A stretch of 64,000 nt of DNA, taken from IMG/VR virus record IMGVR_UViG_2887863138_000003, positions 1 through 64,000 of that record; one strand, 5' to 3'. Shown here in pieces: positions 19,414-29,294 of this stretch. Every line of letters starts with the position of its first letter. The stretch's first letter is position 1. The notes under the pieces were generated by a model that did no database searches, was not told where the DNA came from, and saw only the letters and a program-made list of their open reading frames with translations. The stretch comes from a virus. Its lineage: Duplodnaviria; Caudoviricetes. The translations under genes and the position numbers were made by a program.

Positions 19414-20090
19414 ACTAACACCAACTTCTGACCCGGCTTTATTTTGTTGGGATCGGAACCAACAACGGCTTTGTTCTTGGCGTAGATGTCCCGTGTTTTA
19501 AGTCCGTATCTAGCCGCGATCACAGATAGGCAATCGCCTTTCTTTACGACATATGGCTTCGGAATCTCTTTCTTACCGCCTCTTGCGGCCGCCTTTTTCA
19601 CTTTTGCCGTCGTTGCTGTACCGTTGCCTTTCTTCGCGCCCATGTCAACTTGACGGATGCTTGTGAACTTGTACTCTTTGAGGTCAAGATCGTAGTAGAT
19701 ATCACCGGGCGCCCCGTGTTTTTCGGGCACGATATCGAACCTGCGTATGGTGACCGCATAGTTTATCGGGGTTCCCGTAATCGTCAGGCGGCACGGCTTC
19801 CGGGAGTCGCGCCACCTCTCTAGCATCTCTCTAGCTGACCACGGATCGGGAAAGCCTTCGTACTCGCAATAGGACGGGTGGTAGTCGCGAGGAAAGAACG
19901 ATGAAAACGAAAAGTCTCGCAACTTAGGATCACCGATAACGGTAAATTCACCTAAGTGCGAGACCTCAACGTCCTGATAGCCGAAATCGCTCGATATTTT
20001 AATAGACTCCGGATTAACCGGAAGTTGCAGGCGTTCCGCCCCGTTATTGTAAGAGAGCCAGAATTGAATACCGTTTGTAATCGTCATCAC
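19410..20090 (-). CDS. XkdP-like LysM tail protein
   Basis: LQLPVNPE N-terminus; C-terminal LysM YVVKKGDCLSVIAARY...NKIKPGQKL; true start may be ATT at 20081. Confidence 0.88.
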   Translation of the reverse strand: MMTITNGIQFWLSYNNGAERLQLPVNPESIKISSDFGYQDVEVSHLGEFTVIGDPKLRDFSFSSFFPRDYHPSYCEYEGFPDPWSAREMLERWRDSRKPCRLTITGTPINYAVTIRRFDIVPEKHGAPGDIYYDLDLKEYKFTSIRQVDMGAKKGNGTATTAKVKKAAARGGKKEIPKPYVVKKGDCLSVIAARYGLKTRDIYAKNKAVVGSDPNKIKPGQKLVLV

Positions 20091-20103
20091 CTCGTTTACA
20101 TAG

Positions 20104-20135
20104 AAAAAGACCCCTTAAAAGGGGTCTTTCTTTTT
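20104..20135. terminator. Bidirectional terminator-like hairpin at the edge of the TA insertion
   Basis: AAAAAGACCCC-ttaaaa-GGGGTCTTTCTTTTT. Confidence 0.65.
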
Positions 20136-20235
20136 GTCGAATTATATTTCTTTATGTCAAATACATAAATATGCTATCATCAAATATAGCAACAAGAAAT
20201 CCACCATTAATACGCCTCGACGAAAGGAGGTGATA

Positions 20236-20307
20236 ATGATGAGCGAATACGAGTCTTTAAGTATAGCTATCCAACTAGCTGTACTTATCGTAATGATCAC
20301 TAAGTAG
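20236..20307 (+). CDS. Putative holin-like type I toxin (BsrE-like), 23 aa
   Basis: AAAGGAGGTG RBS then MMSEYESLSIAIQLAVLIVMITK*, against the phage gene direction. Confidence 0.7.
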   Translation: MMSEYESLSIAIQLAVLIVMITK

Positions 20308-20440
20308 TATATCTACTGTGTCATTTAACCATTTCAGGATTTGCATTGTCACAAGCTGAACCTTCCTTAAGAAAGGTCATAAGTGGGCCAACACTTATGG
20401 CTTTTTTCTTTACTCTACTTTGTAGAATAAATGACTACTA
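20300..20440 (-). ncRNA. Candidate antisense antitoxin RNA, ends approximate
   Basis: Minus-strand TTGACA-17-ATAAAT promoter (20474-20446) points at the toxin 3' region, which ends in hairpin CATAAGTG-ggccaa-CACTTATG + T-run. Confidence 0.45.
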
Positions 20441-20589
20441 GCAATAATTTATCATCAGTAATGACTTCTTGTCAATTATTTTTTACAAAAAATTACGATG
20501 AAAATGTAACTACTCCTAATTATAGCCTAAACGTAGTGTTCCAAAACCATAAGGATAACTATCCTTCCCATAAATCCCGTCACCTCTGT

Positions 20590-22569
20590 TTACACCTGTT
20601 CGCTGATTTTACGTACCATAATCGACATGATCTTGTCTGCCGCTGTCTCTAAGTTTCCGTTGTAACCCTGTATGATAATGTCTCCAAACGAGATGTTTTT
20701 CACGCCGTTAGAGTCCTTGCCGTCGATCGTAAGGTTTCGTCGTCTATCGGATGGAGTGTTAGAAGCCTCTTCCTTGCTGGCTCGGTTTTCCTCTGCGGTC
20801 ATTACCCTTTCGCCTTTATGCAAACGAGCTTGGTAGCCATCGAATGGTACGTAATCAAGGCCGCTGTAGTGAGAGCCGTCGTCCCCGACACCGATGTTAC
20901 GACGTTCGCGGAAATCTCTCATCTTCTCTTGTTGAAGCGAGTAATCCATTTCGACTTCGGTTATTTTCGGGATATTGAGCGCGAACTCTTGACCACCCAT
21001 CAAGTCAGGCATTTTAAAGTTGAAGGCTTGGTTCATCGCGTCAATTAACGTATTTAACTTCCCGATTACCCAGTTCACTCCGGTCGCAAACGTGTTTTTG
21101 ATAGTAACCCACATGGAATGGCCTGCTTCTTTCACGGTCTCCCAATTCTTAACCAGTAGATACCCCGCCCCGACTAACGTACCTATACCGACAACTAATA
21201 GTCCTATCGGGTTAGCATTAGCCGCGGTATTAAACGCCCATTGTGCGGCTGTTGCCGTTAACATTACGGCTTTATAGGTAGCCCATGCCGTAGTAGCTCC
21301 GACAACCAATGGTCCCACAATTTCAAGTACGTCTTTAGTCGTTTTCCCCCATTTTTCCGCCTCTTTACTTCCGAGCCACTTGTTGAAGACGGAGGCCGCA
21401 TTCGCTCCCTTTTCCGCGAGGTCCTTTAAGGTAGGGAGTAACGGAGTGAACACTTCTATCTTTAATCCTTCCAGTGCGGATTCCAATTGCACAAGCGAAC
21501 CGTTAAAGTTATCGAGTTGTACTTTCGATACCCTCCCGGCTGTTCCCCCGCTGTTCTCTAATTCCTTCGTAAATTTTCGTAGCTTATCGGGGCCCGCATC
21601 CATCAACGCTAGAAATCCGCTACCAGCTTCCATACCCGCGATTATGCCAGAAAGCGCCGTTTTCTGTTCGCTGGTCATGCCTTTCATTGCGTTCTGGAGG
21701 TCTTCGAGGATCGTGGCAAGCGATTTCATCTTGCCTCCGCTATCAAACAGTTTAACGCCGAGCTTATCGAACGCTTCTGCGGCCTCTTTCGGAGGCTTCG
21801 CAAAACGGGCGAATAGTCCCCGTAACGTAGTACCCGCTTGTTCCGCTTGGATACCCGCATTACCGAGGATACCCGCCGCGGCCGCCGTTTCTTCTAACGA
21901 CACACCGAGCGCTTTCGCCCAAGGAGCCGCGTACTTCATCGTGTAACCGAGCATTTGAAGGTCAACGTTAGCTGACGTAAACGCCTTCGTAAGCACGTCG
22001 GCCACACGTCCTGTATCTCCTGCCGCGATACCAAAACCGGAGAGGATATTCGAGACGATATCGGCGGTTGTTCCGAGGTCTGTTTGGCCCGCCGCGGCCG
22101 CATCGAGAAGTCCGGGCATGGCCGCTATGATTTCGTTAGTTTTATAGCCTGCCATCGCGAGGAACTGCATACCTTCGGCGGCTTGACTTGCGCTGAATAC
22201 CGTAGAGGCGCCGAGCTCTTTGGCTTTCGTGGTTAGTTTCGCAAGGTCTCCGGCGCTAGCGCTGGAAAGGGCCGCAACACGGGACATTGAGCTTTCGAAG
22301 TCTGCCGCCGTTTTGATCCCGTCAAAGGCCGTACCGACAGCGACTACTGCGCCCGCCACCATCTTAAGCTTGCCGAGAAGATTCGGAAGTCCCCCCGAGA
22401 AATTATTCACCGATTGCGTGGCGGCATTTTGGGCATTACGATAGGAGCCGGTAGATGCGGCAACCTTTTTCACCGATAAGTTCGTCCGCTCGAGTTCCGA
22501 AGACACTCGGCGGAGGGTCGGGGTCATCACGTCCACAATCCGTAATCGGCCGACTAGATCAAACGCCAT
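20590..22569 (-). CDS. Tail tape measure protein (TP901 family)
   Basis: AADFESSMSRVAA, TVFSASQAAEGMQFLAMAG, GTTLRG, LDNFNGSLVQLESALEG. Confidence 0.93.
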   Translation of the reverse strand: MAFDLVGRLRIVDVMTPTLRRVSSELERTNLSVKKVAASTGSYRNAQNAATQSVNNFSGGLPNLLGKLKMVAGAVVAVGTAFDGIKTAADFESSMSRVAALSSASAGDLAKLTTKAKELGASTVFSASQAAEGMQFLAMAGYKTNEIIAAMPGLLDAAAAGQTDLGTTADIVSNILSGFGIAAGDTGRVADVLTKAFTSANVDLQMLGYTMKYAAPWAKALGVSLEETAAAAGILGNAGIQAEQAGTTLRGLFARFAKPPKEAAEAFDKLGVKLFDSGGKMKSLATILEDLQNAMKGMTSEQKTALSGIIAGMEAGSGFLALMDAGPDKLRKFTKELENSGGTAGRVSKVQLDNFNGSLVQLESALEGLKIEVFTPLLPTLKDLAEKGANAASVFNKWLGSKEAEKWGKTTKDVLEIVGPLVVGATTAWATYKAVMLTATAAQWAFNTAANANPIGLLVVGIGTLVGAGYLLVKNWETVKEAGHSMWVTIKNTFATGVNWVIGKLNTLIDAMNQAFNFKMPDLMGGQEFALNIPKITEVEMDYSLQQEKMRDFRERRNIGVGDDGSHYSGLDYVPFDGYQARLHKGERVMTAEENRASKEEASNTPSDRRRNLTIDGKDSNGVKNISFGDIIIQGYNGNLETAADKIMSIMVRKISEQV

Positions 22570-22751
22570 GATTAGCCGCCCCCTTCCTTATTCAACGCCG
22601 CAATCTCGTCTTCGACGACCACCTCTGTGGAGGCGTACATAAAGATGCGCTCACCTCTTGGCGCGTTATAAATGTAGGCCGGCGGGAGGCCTTGTCGTTG
22701 GAATATCGTGTGTATAACGAAAGCCTCGCCTCCCGCGCGTATTAGTTTTTT
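22559..22751 (-). other. Programmed -1 frameshift extension of the tail assembly chaperone
   Basis: Slippery GTAAAAAAC-TAA at the xkdN end; the -1 frame continues KLIRAGGEAFVIHTIFQRQGLPP...MYASTEVVVEDE to a stop at 22559. Confidence 0.8.
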
Positions 22752-23107
22752 ACTTGGTCAACCGCTGTTCCAATGTCATACCCAGATAAGTCTAAAATCT
22801 CAGAGACAAGCTTAATCCTTTCGCCCGGAAGTAACGTCTTTTCAACAACTTTTACAGGGTCTTGTGTCTCATATTTCGCGAGTAAATCCGGATGTGACCA
22901 GTCTGGTTCAATCGTTGCTTTTTGTATCATTATTAGTGCTTTCTTAGTCTGATCGACCGTCTTCCCAAACGTCGCTCTTTCTTGGCTATCTTCGATTTCT
23001 TGATCATCAAGAGCACGGATACGGAATGTCCCAAATCGTTTCAGTGGCACTTCTTTTTCGGGTTTTTTATCAGCATCAAGCAGGGCTTTTAATAGATCGT
23101 CTGTCAT
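22742..23107 (-). CDS. XkdN-like tail assembly chaperone
   Basis: FRIRALD, EPDWSHPDLL, KTLLPGE, LDLSGY. Confidence 0.85.
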   Translation of the reverse strand: MTDDLLKALLDADKKPEKEVPLKRFGTFRIRALDDQEIEDSQERATFGKTVDQTKKALIMIQKATIEPDWSHPDLLAKYETQDPVKVVEKTLLPGERIKLVSEILDLSGYDIGTAVDQVKN

Positions 23108-23126
23108 GTAATCATCCTCCTAATTT

Positions 23127-23573
23127 TTACTCCTCCTCAATGAAATCTAGGAACTCGTAATCTTCAAAAACAAAAGGCCACTCCGTCTCGACGGGTGACC
23201 CATGCTCAAATTTCATTACATCAATTTTGGTAAACTGGACGCCCTTTGCGAGTACTCGCTCGGCACCGTATGCCTCGGGATCATCGAGTTTCATAACGAG
23301 CTGGCAAACGAAGGCCCCGGCACGGTCGTCCATGATCTGTCCTATCTTACGAGCAAATGCGGACGATATCTTGTATCCGCGAATAGAACCGGTACACTCG
23401 ATACTCATCGGCTTGTTCCCGGCTTTGCGGCTACCGGATCGCTTAATCTTCTCATATTGAATCTCAACGGATAACTCACCCGCATTGAAATTCGCCAGCC
23501 ACACGCCGTCCATCCAGATTTCGCCGAACGAACCACTTAGGACGCGGTTGGATTCTAGTAAATTTTTCGCCAT
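23127..23573 (-). CDS. Tail tube protein (XkdM-like)
   Basis: SGSFGEIWMDG, KLDDPEAYGAERV, ETEWPFVFEDYE. Confidence 0.92.
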   Translation of the reverse strand: MAKNLLESNRVLSGSFGEIWMDGVWLANFNAGELSVEIQYEKIKRSGSRKAGNKPMSIECTGSIRGYKISSAFARKIGQIMDDRAGAFVCQLVMKLDDPEAYGAERVLAKGVQFTKIDVMKFEHGSPVETEWPFVFEDYEFLDFIEEE

Positions 23574-23587
23574 CTATACTTACCTCC

Positions 23588-24625
23588 CTATACGTGGATT
23601 CGTAGGAAGATGCGTTCCATACTATCGGTCTCTGTATAAGCGATGTACAAATATACCGCGTCTCCCTTCGATTCAAATTCGGGGTCTAACGTTACAACGG
23701 GGTCTTCGAGGACATTCGCTTTACCTAATCGTTCTAGGTACGCTTTGATCGCCGCAATTAAGGCTGCCTGCCCGTCTCGATTGTTATCGATTTTCCCGAT
23801 GTAGTCGCTCGCGGCCGTTTTCACGATATCCGTATTAATCGCTTGTCGTCCGCGAATCTTACGTATCTTGGCACCACTCGTTAATTGTCCTTTTTCAACG
23901 ATCACGTAATCACCGTTGTGTACGAGGACAAGCGAACCCGCTTCGAGTGCTTCGTCGATCTGTGCGTTCGTAAGACGTTTGTTAACGTCGTCTAACGGTA
24001 GCCTTGCGTACGTAATCGACTTATTGATCGGTGTACCTGCGATTAAGCCGGCAATGTACGTCGCGTACTCACAAGACGGGTACTCCTTGCCGTTGACTAC
24101 GCCGCCGACAATCAGGTTAGCTACGTAGCTATCCGCTATCTTCTTACTGCGCGCGTTCCCTACTTTCGGATCAGCATCATCTGCCGCCGTACCGCCTGTG
24201 ACGTATACGAAATGCTTGCCTTCCGCACGATTGCGTTTTACCCACGTTACTGTCGCGTCAATCTCAGCCGAATCCACAGCTCCGTCGTATGCAAACACGT
24301 TAAATGCTCGTGTATCAAAGGAATCGCGCATCTCAATAAATGCCTCTGCCGTTTGCTCCTTCGGCATGGTGTAAACGAGCACTTGCCTTGCTCCGCCTTG
24401 CAAAACGAAACGAATGGACTGAATATTGGTGACGCCGAACAAGTCAACCGCTTGCTTTTCGGTCTCAATCGTGTAGAACGTCTTTTCTGTCGCTTTTGCT
24501 CCGTACTTCATAAGTGGAATTGCAACAATACCACGAGCACCGCCTCGAATCTGTGATGCCGCGGCTTCCACGTACATCAAATAGAGCCCGGGACGGGTCG
24601 GCTCATTAAGTGGGTCCCATTCCAT
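23588..24625 (-). CDS. Tail sheath protein (short XkdK-like)
   Basis: RPGLY, RGIVAIPL, YIGKIDNNRDGQAALIAAIKAYL, DSMERIFLRI. Confidence 0.88.
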   Translation of the reverse strand: MEWDPLNEPTRPGLYLMYVEAAASQIRGGARGIVAIPLMKYGAKATEKTFYTIETEKQAVDLFGVTNIQSIRFVLQGGARQVLVYTMPKEQTAEAFIEMRDSFDTRAFNVFAYDGAVDSAEIDATVTWVKRNRAEGKHFVYVTGGTAADDADPKVGNARSKKIADSYVANLIVGGVVNGKEYPSCEYATYIAGLIAGTPINKSITYARLPLDDVNKRLTNAQIDEALEAGSLVLVHNGDYVIVEKGQLTSGAKIRKIRGRQAINTDIVKTAASDYIGKIDNNRDGQAALIAAIKAYLERLGKANVLEDPVVTLDPEFESKGDAVYLYIAYTETDSMERIFLRIHV

Positions 24626-24639
24626 CGCGTTACCTCCTT

Positions 24640-25086
24640 TTATCGGGCTTCAAATCGCCCGTATACGTGCATAATCTTGTCGTACTGTTCTTGCGTTCTT
24701 GCCTCGCGTACCTCCGTTGATAACACGCCTAATCGTGCGTAGAGGCCGCCCTCCGTCTTGAATGTCGTTGAAAAAGAAAAAGACCCGATACGGATATACC
24801 GCTTCGAGTCTTTCATTGGGATTAATGTAGTTCCATCGTTTGCTTTACGTTCGATTACGTCCATTTTTGCTAGGACATCCTGCGCATCAACACCGTATAC
24901 CACGATCTGATAGTCGCGATCAATCCGGTAGTGATAACGCGTCTCGGACTCAGAATCGGAGGACAGGAGCCGGACGACTACGTTATTTTTCGCAGGCTTG
25001 TCAGGTACCTCGTATTTCAACGCGATCGAAGGTAAAACCGCCTTTATAAACTCGCCCACTGATTCCTGTTCAACAAGTGCGGACAT
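24640..25086 (-). CDS. Tail completion/terminator-like protein
   Basis: Position between the gp10-like gene and sheath; 148 aa with RBS. Confidence 0.6.
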   Translation of the reverse strand: MSALVEQESVGEFIKAVLPSIALKYEVPDKPAKNNVVVRLLSSDSESETRYHYRIDRDYQIVVYGVDAQDVLAKMDVIERKANDGTTLIPMKDSKRYIRIGSFSFSTTFKTEGGLYARLGVLSTEVREARTQEQYDKIMHVYGRFEAR

Positions 25087-25099
25087 CGTACCACCTCCG

Positions 25100-25516
25100 T
25101 TAGAAACCTAGTCTCTGGACTTCCGCTTTTACTCCGTCTTCAATGTCTTTTAGCCACTTCTGCTTATGTTCGTCGGCCGGAGCATCTATAAACTTCGCAA
25201 CAGTGCCGGGAGTTGTCGGATTCTTGATGTCGCCTTTTACCTCGTGAATGTAGTAAGCGTAATTAAAATTCGGCCACTTGGGTGTGTTTTCTATTGCAAC
25301 GGCCGAAATCTCACCGCTTACCTCACCGTTTTTCTGCCGGACCTCCGTACTAATGCCGCGCCGTAGCGTGCCTTTGTCTAAAGGAGCAACGTCTACTGAC
25401 TCCGCTTTCCATTCATCCATTGCATCGTGCATACCACGTTTGGTCGCGGCGAATACGACATCAGGCGTTCGCTGAATCGCGTCCTTAAATGCCCGCATGT
25501 CAAGTTCGAATTCCAT
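25100..25516 (-). CDS. HK97 gp10-like neck protein
   Basis: APLDKGTLRRGI, YAYYIHE, AKFI motifs. Confidence 0.8.
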   Translation of the reverse strand: MEFELDMRAFKDAIQRTPDVVFAATKRGMHDAMDEWKAESVDVAPLDKGTLRRGISTEVRQKNGEVSGEISAVAIENTPKWPNFNYAYYIHEVKGDIKNPTTPGTVAKFIDAPADEHKQKWLKDIEDGVKAEVQRLGF

Positions 25517-25518
25517 AG

Positions 25519-25884
25519 TTACAGTGACACCTCCGTTAAGATAGGCTTGCCGCCAATATCGCGCTTAATCTCAATAGCTAACGGGCTATACTGGCGTACT
25601 CTGCCGAGCTCGTCGGTGAACTCGATCCGGTCTTGGTCAGTGATAGGCGCAAGCTTGTCACAAAGCACCTGCGCAGAGGACACGACTTCCTGTGACGTAA
25701 CGCCGTGTACACCGCCTTGATTCGTTTGTGCCCGGACAAGCTTCGTCTTCTCTTGTATCCGGCAACGTAACGAAAAAGGATCGCCGTATACCGGTCGATC
25801 CCATTCGTCTGTCTTCGGATTGCCCTCGTCGTCTAGCAACGCAGGGTAAACCGTTATTTTGTTTCGCATTGGCACCAAAGGCAT
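25519..25884 (-). CDS. Head closure / head-tail joining protein
   Basis: DEWDRPVYG...CRIQEKTKLV...; position. Confidence 0.6.
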   Translation of the reverse strand: MPLVPMRNKITVYPALLDDEGNPKTDEWDRPVYGDPFSLRCRIQEKTKLVRAQTNQGGVHGVTSQEVVSSAQVLCDKLAPITDQDRIEFTDELGRVRQYSPLAIEIKRDIGGKPILTEVSL

Positions 25885-26268
25885 TTATAACACGCTCCAT
25901 CCTACGCCGCGATTCCCGAGCTTCACGTCATTTTCCGCCCCGATTAGTTCACGACTTATTGGCGGTATCAGATCGACTAGCTCTCTCGGTTTGTCGCGGA
26001 ATGTAAAGGATGCTACACCGGATAACGAAAACGCACTGACGCCGTTATGGGCTTGCCGTAACGTGTCGTTAAACTCTCGGGCCAATACTGCCGCGAACTC
26101 ATATACAGCCGCATCCGGTACTGTATATTTCGGGTATGCAGACGCTAGTGTACGTGACGCGACGTTAATTATCCGTTGTTTTCTCGCTTCGTCACAGTCC
26201 GTCCAGTCCTCGATATCAATAACATTTACGTCAATATAATCGTCTGCGGCTTCGATTGATAACGTCAT
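25885..26268 (-). CDS. Head-tail adaptor protein
   Basis: ADDYI...W...KQRII..A...; position after capsid accessory gene. Confidence 0.6.
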   Translation of the reverse strand: MTLSIEAADDYIDVNVIDIEDWTDCDEARKQRIINVASRTLASAYPKYTVPDAAVYEFAAVLAREFNDTLRQAHNGVSAFSLSGVASFTFRDKPRELVDLIPPISRELIGAENDVKLGNRGVGWSVL

Positions 26269-26286
26269 AGGGAAACACCTCCGGTT

Positions 26287-26505
26287 TTATTCGGAGGCTT
26301 TGCCACGTCCCTTTTTGGCGGGCTGTGCGGCGGGTTCCTCCGTATGAGTTACGTCATCTGTACGTTTGACCCATTCGGGGGCCAACGCGTCTAACATAGC
26401 AATTTCGTCTTCTTTTTCGGTTGAATACGTACCGAAGAAGTTAAACTTGACGCGGACATCGCCACTATCAACTTCATAGAACGGGGATGCTTTATAATCA
26501 GCCAT
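26287..26505 (-). CDS. Small head-associated protein
   Basis: RBS AAGGAGG, directly after the capsid gene. Confidence 0.6.
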   Translation of the reverse strand: MADYKASPFYEVDSGDVRVKFNFFGTYSTEKEDEIAMLDALAPEWVKRTDDVTHTEEPAAQPAKKGRGKASE

Positions 26506-26516
26506 TTGTTACCTCC

Positions 26517-27635
26517 TTACGATACCGATGTGGAGATATTTTCGAGAATTGCAATCTTCTCTTTTGCGTTCTTTACCTTAACGCCGTACTCACCACGAAT
26601 TTGGCGAGCTACAAAGTCAGCTCCTGGTACACCCGCATCTACATCGTACAGCGCACGACCTTGCAACGGATGCATCGACAAGATAGTTCGATCGAAAAGA
26701 GCTACCTTATTTTTCGGGAAGTTCGGATCAACGATAATAGTCGCTTCACCGCCACCTACGATGTCGGAGACGAAAGTAGAGATTCGGTGACCAGTAGTGG
26801 TATCTTGACGCTCAGTGCGAATTGTATTAGATGCTAGCTTCGAAATTTGACGTGCGCCCGCAGTGTTCGTAAGGATCGTGTTAACGTTACCGCCGCGCAA
26901 ATAAACTTCCTCCATCAAATCGTTGATGACCTTAGCGTCGATCTCCTTACCGCTTAAGTTCTTTTTAGCAGCGCCCTTCTTATCCGCGTAATACAATAGA
27001 CCACCGCTCATGCTCGGTGTGCCCTTGTTACCCATAATTTTACGACCGTAGATTAGAGTATCGTTCATCTCGCGGGACATCTCTTGCAAGCGTAACTCAA
27101 CTTGGTAGTTTAATTCGTCGGTGACGTTGTGGGTACGAACTGCCATTTGCGTATTGGAGACGGATGCATATCGTTCATAGATTTGCGTGTAGTTATCATC
27201 AACGTAGCGATCGTGACCCTCGTCTTGACCTACGCCAGCCCCTTGCAATTGCGGTCGAGCTACGATTCGAAGTTCTGCTCCAGCTTTTAGAGCCCCCGCC
27301 GTAGTTCCGTCAAATCCACGAATTACAGTAACCTCATCGCCGGCAACAGCAGTTACTTTCATGTATTCTTCGCCAGCTACCACGATTGCGTTAATGCGGA
27401 ATTTCTCACCGTCGCTATCGTTTACGACCAATTGGGTATCTGTAGCCGTAACATCTGCCTTTACGTTGGCGCGGTTCGAGTTGAGGTTATCTGACATCCA
27501 CTCAAATTTCGTCTGCGTTAGTGGCTCGCCATTTAGACCTACCAAACCTAGTAGAGTAGGTGAGTCATTGATAATTAGATCAATACCTGCTGATAGTTCA
27601 CGTACTTGGTCTTTAAAATCATAAGTAAATAGCAT
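26517..27635 (-). CDS. Major capsid protein (SU10/DUF5309-like)
   Basis: FEWMSDNL, NYTQIYERYASVS, TLIYGRK, SMGGLL-like SMSGGLL, IRGEYGVKVKN; follows the scaffold. Confidence 0.85.
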   Translation of the reverse strand: MLFTYDFKDQVRELSAGIDLIINDSPTLLGLVGLNGEPLTQTKFEWMSDNLNSNRANVKADVTATDTQLVVNDSDGEKFRINAIVVAGEEYMKVTAVAGDEVTVIRGFDGTTAGALKAGAELRIVARPQLQGAGVGQDEGHDRYVDDNYTQIYERYASVSNTQMAVRTHNVTDELNYQVELRLQEMSREMNDTLIYGRKIMGNKGTPSMSGGLLYYADKKGAAKKNLSGKEIDAKVINDLMEEVYLRGGNVNTILTNTAGARQISKLASNTIRTERQDTTTGHRISTFVSDIVGGGEATIIVDPNFPKNKVALFDRTILSMHPLQGRALYDVDAGVPGADFVARQIRGEYGVKVKNAKEKIAILENISTSVS

Positions 27636-27665
27636 TAATGGGATTCCTCCTTGTTTTTGGGTATT

Positions 27666-27694
27666 AAAAAAACCACCGCTAATAGACCGGTGGT
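27666..27694 (-). terminator. Hairpin plus T-run between scaffold and capsid genes (attenuator or mRNA stabiliser)
   Basis: Minus strand ACCACCG-gtctattag-CGGTGGT-TTTTTT. Confidence 0.45.
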
Positions 27695-27698
27695 GTAG

Positions 27699-28394
27699 TT
27701 ACTTACGTAATTGACTTAGCTTATTGGACAGTTCTAAGACTTTACCAAAGTCTTTTTTCTTCTTTGCTTCCTCTAGTTGTGCTTCGAGTGTTTTAGCTCC
27801 CGTTTCATGACCGTACCCAGATGGTCCGCCAATCGTACTAGGCTCCTTTTTGGTCTGCGCGATAAGAAACGGTTTAGTCTCAACTAATGACTGTATTACG
27901 CTGTCCATCCCTACCACATTGCCAGACTCATCGAACGTTACTTTAGCTAAATCAGTTGACGCGAGAATGTAGGCATCGTCGATATGAGCAATATTCGCGC
28001 TAGCTGCCGCAGTAATAAAAACGTTACGAATTTTCTCCTGTCGGTACTTTGCTTCCATCTCAGCAACACTCTGCTCTAGTGTCTGTTTTGCTGCGGCTTC
28101 CTTCTCGTAATCTGTTTTCCATCGCTCGATCTCGGTCATCTCAGATCGCTGTTTCTCTTCTTGTTCTCGTTCGTATTCCGCGAGCTTCGTTTTCAACTCA
28201 TCATAATCGGCATACTTTTCCGATTTCTTACGTTCACGTGCGATTCGATCCGCAACAATCTTATCTAGTTCTTCCTGCGTAAAAGTTTTTGGTGTTTCTA
28301 CGGGATCATCGGTTGGTGGCGTTTGATCCTCTGTGGCGTCCTCCGCAAAGGTTTGCAAATTCATCGGAAATAAAAGTTTAAGCGTGTCAGTCAT
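27699..28394 (-). CDS. Capsid scaffolding protein
   Basis: PMNLQTFAE, KTFTQEELDKIVADRIARE, coiled coil. Confidence 0.88.
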   Translation of the reverse strand: MTDTLKLLFPMNLQTFAEDATEDQTPPTDDPVETPKTFTQEELDKIVADRIARERKKSEKYADYDELKTKLAEYEREQEEKQRSEMTEIERWKTDYEKEAAAKQTLEQSVAEMEAKYRQEKIRNVFITAAASANIAHIDDAYILASTDLAKVTFDESGNVVGMDSVIQSLVETKPFLIAQTKKEPSTIGGPSGYGHETGAKTLEAQLEEAKKKKDFGKVLELSNKLSQLRK

Positions 28395-28466
28395 TCGTTA
28401 CCTCCCGCTTAAAGCCCGTCGGCTATATAGTTCCGAAAGTTTTTCGCCATTTCGTAAGGCCAAACA

Positions 28467-29294
28467 CTATTCCGGTGTTCTAACCGGAGAGACTAAGTGA
28501 CGACAGCGAGGATGAAAAATATCGCGTCGTCCTCTTAAATCTTCAAGATACGGGTAATCTCCGGGAGCATCAGGCGTCAGCTTAACGATCCGGCCTTCCC
28601 AAAGTCCGCAATCATCTTTTGCCCCATGTCTCGATATCCTGCCGTAGTATACTTCGCGCCCAACAGCTTCGTTTATCGTTCCTTCCATGTGCGCGAACAT
28701 CATTTTCGTACGAGTAACCATATCGACGTAAACTTCCGGCTTCCATCGCCTTCCCGCCGCATCAATAATTCCGGTATTGAGGGAATCCCCTAGTGTCTTA
28801 CGGAGCCTCGTTAGTGTATCGCGATTGATTGTACGTCTACCGTTTACTCCCTTCGCCATGTTTGCTCGCATAGATTCTGCGGTTACCTTGCGCACAGCGT
28901 TCCGTACTCTTCGTTTTACGTTTCTTGTCACCGCAAGTAGGTCCTCTTGCGTATCAGCTATTACAGCGTTAGTCATTGCCTTGTTTATTCGGTTGAACCT
29001 CGCTATTGAACGGGCTTCCTCAATCGTTGACGCGGCTCCTAGTACGTAGATAGCGTCTGCTATTCCATTGCTGGCCGCTAAGGGTACGTTTACTCGAACC
29101 CATTCCGCAGATTCTTTGTCCAATGCGGATAGTATGCGAGCGACTTCGCTTAGAGATGCAATCCCGTTGTCCCGTGAAATCGACGTGATATCAAGCCGGT
29201 CAAGCTCACGGAATATGTCCTCCACGGCTTGCTTGTAAGCGCGAACTAGTTTCTCAGTTTCGTAGTCGTAGTTGGGCATCGGTGGTTGTCGCAT
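28467..29294 (-). CDS. Minor capsid (head morphogenesis) protein
   Basis: DAAGRRWKPEVYVDMVTRT, ISRHGA...C, FHPRCRH. Confidence 0.85.
   Translation of the reverse strand: MRQPPMPNYDYETEKLVRAYKQAVEDIFRELDRLDITSISRDNGIASLSEVARILSALDKESAEWVRVNVPLAASNGIADAIYVLGAASTIEEARSIARFNRINKAMTNAVIADTQEDLLAVTRNVKRRVRNAVRKVTAESMRANMAKGVNGRRTINRDTLTRLRKTLGDSLNTGIIDAAGRRWKPEVYVDMVTRTKMMFAHMEGTINEAVGREVYYGRISRHGAKDDCGLWEGRIVKLTPDAPGDYPYLEDLRGRRDIFHPRCRHLVSPVRTPE

Noticed and set aside
13049-24625. PBSX-like tailocin or defective particle
   Set aside because: Complete terminase, portal, scaffold, capsid and replication modules accompany the Xkd-type tail
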